DNA of 64,000 nucleotides from Alphaproteobacteria bacterium (GTDB lineage Bacteria; Pseudomonadota; Alphaproteobacteria; RF32; CAG-239): NCBI GenBank assembly GCA_045644765.1, contig JAZRHM010000013.1, positions 11,780 to 75,779 of the forward strand, read 5' to 3'. Shown piece by piece: positions 57,966 to 64,000 of this stretch (position 1 is its first letter; each line of letters starts with the position of its first letter). The notes under the pieces were generated by a model. It saw only the letters and a program-made list of their open reading frames with translations, ran no database searches and was not told where the DNA came from. The position numbers and the translations under genes were made by a program.

Positions 57966-59287
57966 ATTTTTTTGTTACACCATTTATTTGATAACATATA
58001 ACGATATGATAAAATTAAAATAGTCACATTGTATACCCAATCTGCGCCCCAACAAATAGGAAGTGATAATTTTAAATATTCAACCACAATAAATACATAT
58101 AAGACATATGCAAACATTGTGACAAACTCTATTTTCATCACGTATTGTGTGTTTCCAGTACCTGCAACAGTATTAAACAATATCCATGCAGGAATACCCG
58201 ATACAAAACTTCCCAACATAACCAAATATGTCATAATTGACTGATTTATAAGTGTCAAGTCATCAGTATACATACGTAAAAACGGATAATATCCTACTGA
58301 CATTATAGCCAGTAACGGTATCATTATATAGCTACACAATTTTATACCTTTAATGCAAGATGGTATAACCTCATTTGTTTTATTTTCTCCAATAAGATTG
58401 GCCGTAATAGAACTCATAGTAGATGCCAAAGCATTAACTACAACAAAGGGAAAAGAAGATAAGCTGCGAACAATATTAGAAACAGCCAACTCCCTTTCTC
58501 CTAAATGTTCTATAGCAACAAAAAAGAAAAACCAAGTAGAAATGGATATGAATTGCTGTAACATTGTCCACACAGAAACTTTCAAAATCGATTTTAACAA
58601 ATCAAAATCTTTATATACAAAACGATTAAATCCATACTTTTTTAAATTAACTTTTACTAAAAAATACAAAATATAAACAATAACAGCAACTATCTCAGAA
58701 ATATTTGAAGCTATTGCAGCCCCTGATATTCCGAGTTTAGGCATACCAAATTTTCCAAATATAAGTACATAATTCAAAACAACATTTGTTAAGACCATTA
58801 TAACAGAAATCACACTTAACACTTTGGTTTTAGTAATGCTTACAAAAAATCCTCTGACCATGATAATAGTTGAAGCTGACAAAATTCCCCATATTCGCCA
58901 ATTTACATATTCAAGTGTAGATTGATAGATTTCCGAACTTTCAATAATTGTTTTCAATAAATTTGGAGTAAGAAAATATGATAACAAAATAAATAACAAA
59001 TTGATTACTATAAGAAAAGAACACCCTTGATAAAAAACAGGACCTATTTTTTCAAAATTTTGTTCTCCGTTTCGTCGTGCCATAATAATTTGAGCACCAA
59101 CACTAAAACCGAAAGCAATCATAAATATGGTAAAAAAATACGTAGATCCTAAAGCCGAAGCTCCTAACTCAACTTCACCCAATCTGCCTAAAAATACAAT
59201 ATCAGTAATACCTATCAGTTGCTGCATCAACATACTGATAAGTATAGGGTAACTTATTTTTAAAATACTTTTATAATTAACTTGCAT
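57962..59287 (-). CDS. MATE-family efflux transporter
   Basis: 441 aa. Twelve predicted TM helices in two 6-helix halves. The N-terminus (…ILKISYPILISMLMQQLIGITDIVFLGRLGEVELGA) is typical of NorM/DinF-type MATE transporters. Confidence 0.8.
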   Translation of the reverse strand: MQVNYKSILKISYPILISMLMQQLIGITDIVFLGRLGEVELGASALGSTYFFTIFMIAFGFSVGAQIIMARRNGEQNFEKIGPVFYQGCSFLIVINLLFILLSYFLTPNLLKTIIESSEIYQSTLEYVNWRIWGILSASTIIMVRGFFVSITKTKVLSVISVIMVLTNVVLNYVLIFGKFGMPKLGISGAAIASNISEIVAVIVYILYFLVKVNLKKYGFNRFVYKDFDLLKSILKVSVWTMLQQFISISTWFFFFVAIEHLGERELAVSNIVRSLSSFPFVVVNALASTMSSITANLIGENKTNEVIPSCIKGIKLCSYIMIPLLAIMSVGYYPFLRMYTDDLTLINQSIMTYLVMLGSFVSGIPAWILFNTVAGTGNTQYVMKIEFVTMFAYVLYVFIVVEYLKLSLPICWGADWVYNVTILILSYRYMLSNKWCNKKI

Positions 59288-59328
59288 AACAGACGCAAGT
59301 TAACTCATATGTTCATAAATTTCAACAC

Positions 59329-60750
59329 TTAAATTGCTAAAGGCAAATAAACCGTAAATGTAGTACCATCATAGTTAGTAGAGCTTACAGTCAGATTTCC
59401 CTTATGACGTAAGATAATTTGCTTAGCTATTGATAAACCCAAACCTGTTCCTTTTATATTCAGATTTTTATGTTCTTGCAAGCGATAAAAACGCTCTGTT
59501 ACCCTTGCTAAATCTTCTGCACTTATTTTGGGTCCTTTATTATTTACGGAAATAGCAATTGCTTTTCCTTCGGCAACACTAAATGATTTTGATGAGGGAA
59601 TAGCGTCAACACATTTAACTTCAATTGTAACATCTGACGGACTTATTCCGTATTTTAAGGCATTATCAGTTAAATTTTGTATCAATTGTTGCACCTGATT
59701 TGCATCTGCAATTACTTGAGGTAAATCTTCAGCCAACTCAAGTACAATTTTCATATCACGTTCTTTAGCTTTTAACGACAAAGCTTCAGCAACTTCTTCC
59801 ACAATCAGTTCAACTCTTACCTTTTCATCAGGAACTTGATCTTGTGACAATTCAATACGTGATAAAGAAAGCAAGTTTTCTATTAAATCAGACATATACT
59901 GAGCTTGATCAGACATTATTTTTAAAAACGTCTCTCTTGCTTGAGTATCATCTTTAGCTGAAGTTTGTAAAGTTTCAATAAAACCGGAAATTACGGATAA
60001 CGGAGTTCTTAGTTCATGACTGGCATTAGCAACAAAATCCGATTGCATTTTTTCAATTTTCATAGCTTTTGTAAGGTCATAAAGTGAAATAACGGCTACT
60101 GCCCTTCCCTTTGAGAACCATGGGAGTTGCTTAATATGAGCATAAATTTTTTTATTAAAAGGCTCTTTTGCATAAAAAATAAGATTTTCGGCGTCACTTT
60201 CCTTCTTTAAAACTTTGCTTACCGATTTAATAAAACTGTTTGAATTGAAAATATTTTCAATATTCTTTTCTGTAATATTATCGCCTAATAATTTTCTTGT
60301 TGAAAGATTTGCTCCTAATATATTACCAGATCTGTCTATCATTAAAATAGGATCCGGCAATGTATCTAAAACGGCTGTATCAGACATACTTTGAGCTTCA
60401 AGCTCATCTGTTTTATCTACCCAAAACTTATGCATTGAATTTATCGCTTCAGCAATTTCACGAGCTTCTTGTTCCGAAAGTTCTATATCTAATGTTTCTG
60501 TTTGAATATCTTTTGCTAAACTATAAATATATTTTTTAACCTGTTGTAACTCAAAGCTTATAGGAAGCAAAAACGCAACATTAAACACCACAATCATAGC
60601 ATAAGAAATAACGGCCCAATATGGCGGTAAAATATCAAAAACCGTCAACATTATAAAAACCAATGCTGAAGGGACCGATAAAATCAAAACTCTAAAAACA
60701 AAATCAGAGTTCTTTTCAATTGCTGTAAAGCCGTTTTTTTTAAATTTCAT
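59329..60750 (-). CDS. sensor histidine kinase (PhoR-like: TM, PAS, HisKA, HATPase_c)
   Basis: H-box ANASHELRTPL. N, G1 and G2 boxes (NLTDNALKYG…GTGLGLSIAK). The likely start is MKFKKNG at 60750. The track ORF extends to 60828. No response regulator gene is adjacent. Confidence 0.8.
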   Translation of the reverse strand: MKFKKNGFTAIEKNSDFVFRVLILSVPSALVFIMLTVFDILPPYWAVISYAMIVVFNVAFLLPISFELQQVKKYIYSLAKDIQTETLDIELSEQEAREIAEAINSMHKFWVDKTDELEAQSMSDTAVLDTLPDPILMIDRSGNILGANLSTRKLLGDNITEKNIENIFNSNSFIKSVSKVLKKESDAENLIFYAKEPFNKKIYAHIKQLPWFSKGRAVAVISLYDLTKAMKIEKMQSDFVANASHELRTPLSVISGFIETLQTSAKDDTQARETFLKIMSDQAQYMSDLIENLLSLSRIELSQDQVPDEKVRVELIVEEVAEALSLKAKERDMKIVLELAEDLPQVIADANQVQQLIQNLTDNALKYGISPSDVTIEVKCVDAIPSSKSFSVAEGKAIAISVNNKGPKISAEDLARVTERFYRLQEHKNLNIKGTGLGLSIAKQIILRHKGNLTVSSTNYDGTTFTVYLPLAI

Positions 60751-60848
60751 AAAATTTCCCCGTATAAAATGCAAAAAAAAATAGACTTGAATTTTAAATA
60801 TTCTATTATGAAAGAAGTTTAAAATCACTTAAAATTGAATGAAGAAAA

Positions 60849-63548
60849 ATGGCTAAAACTAAAGACGATGTAACCCCTTCTACAAAACAATATCTTGAAA
60901 TTAAAAACGAATATAAAGAGTACTTACTTTTTTATCGCGTCGGAGACTTTTATGAACTGTTTTTTGATGATGCCCATAAAGCCTCTAAAGCTTTGGATAT
61001 TGTTTTAACCCACAGAGGTACATATATGGGAGAACCCATACCAATGTGTGGTGTACCTTTTCATGCATATGAAAGCTATTTAGCCAAGCTAATCGGTCAA
61101 GGGTTTAAGGTTGCAATATGCGATCAAACAGAAACGCCTGAAGAGGCAAAACAACGTGGCGGTACAAAAGCACTGGTAAGACGTGAAGTTGTCAGATTGG
61201 TAACAGCAGGTACTCTAACCGAAGACAATATGTTAGATGCCAGAAAAAACAATTACTTGCTATGCTGCGTTATGCATGAGAAAAATTTTGGTTTTTCTTG
61301 GTTAGATTTGTCGACCGGAGATTTTTATACTAAAAGTATACCTTTTACAGTTGATAAAAAATCTGAAGTTTTACAATCGTTTTTATCCTATATAGAAGCC
61401 GGAGAAATTATTGTTTCTGACAATTTATTGCAACAGACAAATTTATTTGACGTCTTAAAATATTATCAAGAAAAACTTACTGTCTTACCTCAAGCTCGTT
61501 TTAATGTTATCAACACACAAAACATGATTGAAAAATTTTTTAAAATTCAAACTCTTGAAGCGTTCGGTTGTTTTTCAAAACAAGAAATAATAGCATCCGG
61601 CATAATTCTTGATTACATAGAAACAACACAAAAAGGTAAACTTCCTCAACTTAAAAAACCAATTTGTCAAACGCAAAGCCAATTTTTAGAAATTGACGCT
61701 TCCACAAGACAAAGCCTGGAACTAACAAACTCTCAAACTTACGGAAATAACAAAAAATCAACTCTTTTGAATACTATAAACAGAACAATCACAGCTGTAG
61801 GTTCTCGTTTATTATCGAATCGTTTACTTAATCCGTCAATTGATATAGATACAATAAATCATCGCCTCAATGTGATAGATTTTTTCATACAAAATTCGGA
61901 TATAAGAAACAAGCTTCGCATATTACTCAAAGAAGTATCTGATTTAGAAAAAATAATTACCCGTATGAGTTTAAATCGTTGCCCTCCTAAAGAATTGTTT
62001 GAGTTGGGTACAACTTTATCATATTTACCAAAAATAAAAAATCTTATATATACCGGTTCAAAAGATAATATGGTTTTAAATAAAATACCGCAAGAGATTG
62101 ATGCTTATCTATCCGGCATAGCCGATTTTAGTGTATTAGTTACCGAAATTGCGGAAGCTCTGCAAGATTATGATAAACTTCCAAATAAACTCGGCATAAG
62201 CGAATTTATAAGAGATGGATATAATGCAAGTTTAGATCATCTCCGTAACATCAGAGAAAATCAGAAAAAATCTATAGAAGCGTTAGAACAAAAATATATA
62301 CAAGAAACAAATATTTCTAATTTGAAAATCAGATACACAAGTGTTTTAGGATATTTCATTGAAGTTCCGACCAAAATGGCTGCAGATATGATACAATTAC
62401 CACAATTTATACACAGACAATCTGTTTTAAGCGGTGCTCGTTTTACAACCGTTGAACTAAACGAAATGGAACAAGAATTAAACTCTGCTGACGATAAAGC
62501 TATTGCATTGGAAGTTAACTTATATAACAATTTAATAAATAAGGTTTTGTGTGTTACAAACGATATATATAACGTAGCATCAGTTATAGCCGAACTTGAT
62601 ATTGCTTCTTCATTGGCTGATTTAGCTATTGAAAAGAAATATTGTCGCCCTATTGTAGACAATAGTTTAGATTTTATAATTAAAGATGGTCGTCATCCGG
62701 TTGTTGAAAGAAGTATTGAAAAATCGTTTGCAGGAACATTTGTCAGTAATGATTGTCATTTAGGAGATAATGGCAATAAGATCTGGCTTATAACAGGTCC
62801 CAATATGGCCGGAAAATCTACATTTTTAAGACAAAATGCCATTATTGCAATTATGGCACAACTTGGTTCTTATGTTCCTTGTTCTTATGCAAAAATCGGT
62901 ATAATTGATAAGATTTTTTCTCGTGTAGGAGCATCTGATGATTTATCAAGAGGTCGTTCCACTTTCATGGTAGAAATGGTAGAAACTGCAACCATATTAA
63001 ATCAGGCAACAGAAAGGTCTTTTGTTATATTAGATGAAATAGGTAGAGGAACAGCAACATATGACGGTTTATCAATTGCTTGGTCTGTTGTAGAACATTT
63101 ACATGAAATAAATAAATGTCGCGCTCTTTTTGCGACACACTATCACGAGCTAACTGTTTTATCCAATAAATTGAAGCATTTAAGCTTACATTGTATGAAA
63201 ATTAAAGAATTTAACGGCAATGTTGTATTTTTACATCAAGTAGTCAATGGAGCTGCTGATCGCTCATACGGTATTCATGTTGCAAAATTGGCCGGTCTTC
63301 CTAAAATTGTAATATCCAGATCAGAACAAATTTTACATTCATTGGAACAAGACCCTAGTAGAGTTTCGGTTACAAATATAGAAAATGATTTACCTTTGTT
63401 TTCCGTATTAAAAGAAAAAATTGAAAAACAAGAAGAAGCTCTAAACAAAACAAATCCGGCTCTTGAATTGTTAAAAGAAACAGATCCGGATACGTTAACT
63501 CCGAGAGAAGCCCTTGATAAAATTTATGAACTTAAAAAACTCTTATAA
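60849..63548 (+). CDS. mutS: DNA mismatch repair protein MutS
   Basis: 899 aa. Mismatch-binding N-terminus (…LFYRVGDFYELFFDDA…), Walker A GPNMAGKST, and STFMVEM / DEIGRGT motifs. Confidence 0.95.
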   Translation: MAKTKDDVTPSTKQYLEIKNEYKEYLLFYRVGDFYELFFDDAHKASKALDIVLTHRGTYMGEPIPMCGVPFHAYESYLAKLIGQGFKVAICDQTETPEEAKQRGGTKALVRREVVRLVTAGTLTEDNMLDARKNNYLLCCVMHEKNFGFSWLDLSTGDFYTKSIPFTVDKKSEVLQSFLSYIEAGEIIVSDNLLQQTNLFDVLKYYQEKLTVLPQARFNVINTQNMIEKFFKIQTLEAFGCFSKQEIIASGIILDYIETTQKGKLPQLKKPICQTQSQFLEIDASTRQSLELTNSQTYGNNKKSTLLNTINRTITAVGSRLLSNRLLNPSIDIDTINHRLNVIDFFIQNSDIRNKLRILLKEVSDLEKIITRMSLNRCPPKELFELGTTLSYLPKIKNLIYTGSKDNMVLNKIPQEIDAYLSGIADFSVLVTEIAEALQDYDKLPNKLGISEFIRDGYNASLDHLRNIRENQKKSIEALEQKYIQETNISNLKIRYTSVLGYFIEVPTKMAADMIQLPQFIHRQSVLSGARFTTVELNEMEQELNSADDKAIALEVNLYNNLINKVLCVTNDIYNVASVIAELDIASSLADLAIEKKYCRPIVDNSLDFIIKDGRHPVVERSIEKSFAGTFVSNDCHLGDNGNKIWLITGPNMAGKSTFLRQNAIIAIMAQLGSYVPCSYAKIGIIDKIFSRVGASDDLSRGRSTFMVEMVETATILNQATERSFVILDEIGRGTATYDGLSIAWSVVEHLHEINKCRALFATHYHELTVLSNKLKHLSLHCMKIKEFNGNVVFLHQVVNGAADRSYGIHVAKLAGLPKIVISRSEQILHSLEQDPSRVSVTNIENDLPLFSVLKEKIEKQEEALNKTNPALELLKETDPDTLTPREALDKIYELKKLL

Positions 63549-63562
63549 AAATATACACAATT

Positions 63563-63592
63563 AAAAAAGGCGAGAAATTCTCGCCTTTTTTT
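63563..63592. terminator. bidirectional rho-independent terminator between mutS (+) and rpoA (-)
   Basis: AAAAAA-GGCGAGA-AAT-TCTCGCC-TTTTTTT. Confidence 0.75.
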
Positions 63593-63652
63593 GTATAGAG
63601 AAAACCCTCTTACTTATCGTAAAAGGGCTTTATAAACAGAATTTACAAACTA

Positions 63653-64000
63653 TTAGAAATGATCATCACATTTTCTAATTAATTCTTCAATATTTTCCGG
63701 AGGCCATCCTGGAGTATCCATACCAAGATGAATTCCCATTTTAGCTAAAACTTCTTTGATTTCATTCAATGACTTACGACCAAAGTTTGGAGTACGGAGC
63801 ATTTCTGCTTCTGTTTTTTGAACCAAATCACCAATGTAAACAATATTGTCATTTTTCAAGCAATTTGCTGAACGAACAGAAAGTTCAAGTTCTTCAACTC
63901 TCTTGAGTAAGTTACGATTGAACGGAAGTTCTTCTTTAATATCAGCAGATTCGCTTTCCGGTTCATCAAAGTTGATAAACGGTTTAAGCTGATCTTGTAA
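63653..64000 (-). CDS. rpoA: DNA-directed RNA polymerase subunit alpha, C-terminal part (gene runs off the window end)
   Basis: Minus-strand frame is open from 64000 and encodes …[64 protein letters not shown], the alpha-CTD. The track ORF 63653-63859 is its tail. Confidence 0.9.
   Translation of the reverse strand, partial: LQDQLKPFINFDEPESESADIKEELPFNRNLLKRVEELELSVRSANCLKNDNIVYIGDLVQKTEAEMLRTPNFGRKSLNEIKEVLAKMGIHLGMDTPGWPPENIEELIRKCDDHF

Noticed and set aside
1-64000. tRNA, rRNA, tmRNA or RNase P RNA genes in the few intergenic gaps (1186-1310, 14145-14299, 17593-17795, 25118-25340, 28899-29106, 36824-37100, 42023-42408).
   Set aside because: None of these stretches shows a cloverleaf with a GTTC-type T-arm or CCA-proximal acceptor pairing. 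The regions are AT-rich promoter or terminator sequence. smpB is present, but ssrA is not adjacent here.
1-64000. CRISPR arrays, IS elements, transposases, integrases or phage genes.
   Set aside because: No spaced direct-repeat arrays were found. No DDE or serine/tyrosine recombinase signatures were found. The only repeats are the intragenic coding repeats of the MORN paralogs and short terminator palindromes.

Overview
This 64 kb window is AT-rich and gene-dense, on the order of 90% coding, and reads as chromosomal DNA from a reduced-genome, probably host-associated alphaproteobacterium (Rickettsiales/Holosporales-like). That assignment is inference, based on an alpha-type RNase E with a long disordered insert after the S1 domain, a compact tmk-holB-tatD-MBL operon, and many envelope genes in a small genome. 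No rRNA, tRNA, CRISPR array, IS element or transposase was recognised. The conserved content groups as follows:
- Housekeeping: dnaJ, holB, tmk, tatD, rplM-rpsI, prfB (programmed +1 frameshift intact), rne, ruvX, smpB, mutS, and the C-terminal part of rpoA.
- Peptidoglycan and cell division: PBP1A, a PBP5-like DD-carboxypeptidase, RlpA, MltB-like transglycosylase, AmiC, an EnvC-like M23 peptidase, FtsB-like protein and bactofilin.
- Envelope biogenesis: LolCD, an MsbA-like ABC exporter, an AsmA/YhdP-like protein, DsbD, an 8-strand outer membrane beta-barrel, and a BepA-like M48 protease.
- A fermentative pyruvate/acetate module: PFOR (nifJ), ppdK, pta and ackA.

The most unusual element is a 2040-aa ORF (17796-23918). 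Its N-terminus carries both M48 zinc-peptidase motifs (HELGH and HPxxESR), and an internal region carries a UbiB/ABC1-like atypical kinase domain. It has its own candidate promoter and a strong hairpin terminator, and is a candidate effector of unknown function.

Other accessory-looking content is a pair of paralogous MORN-variant repeat proteins with separate near-consensus promoters, a GNAT/HAD-like gene pair, and a sulfatase-like / CDP-alcohol phosphatidyltransferase / APH-fold kinase cluster.

Two anomalies stand out. rne is split by a single in-frame TGA inside its disordered insert. rpsI reads about 20 codons past its conserved C-terminus and through its own terminator hairpin.
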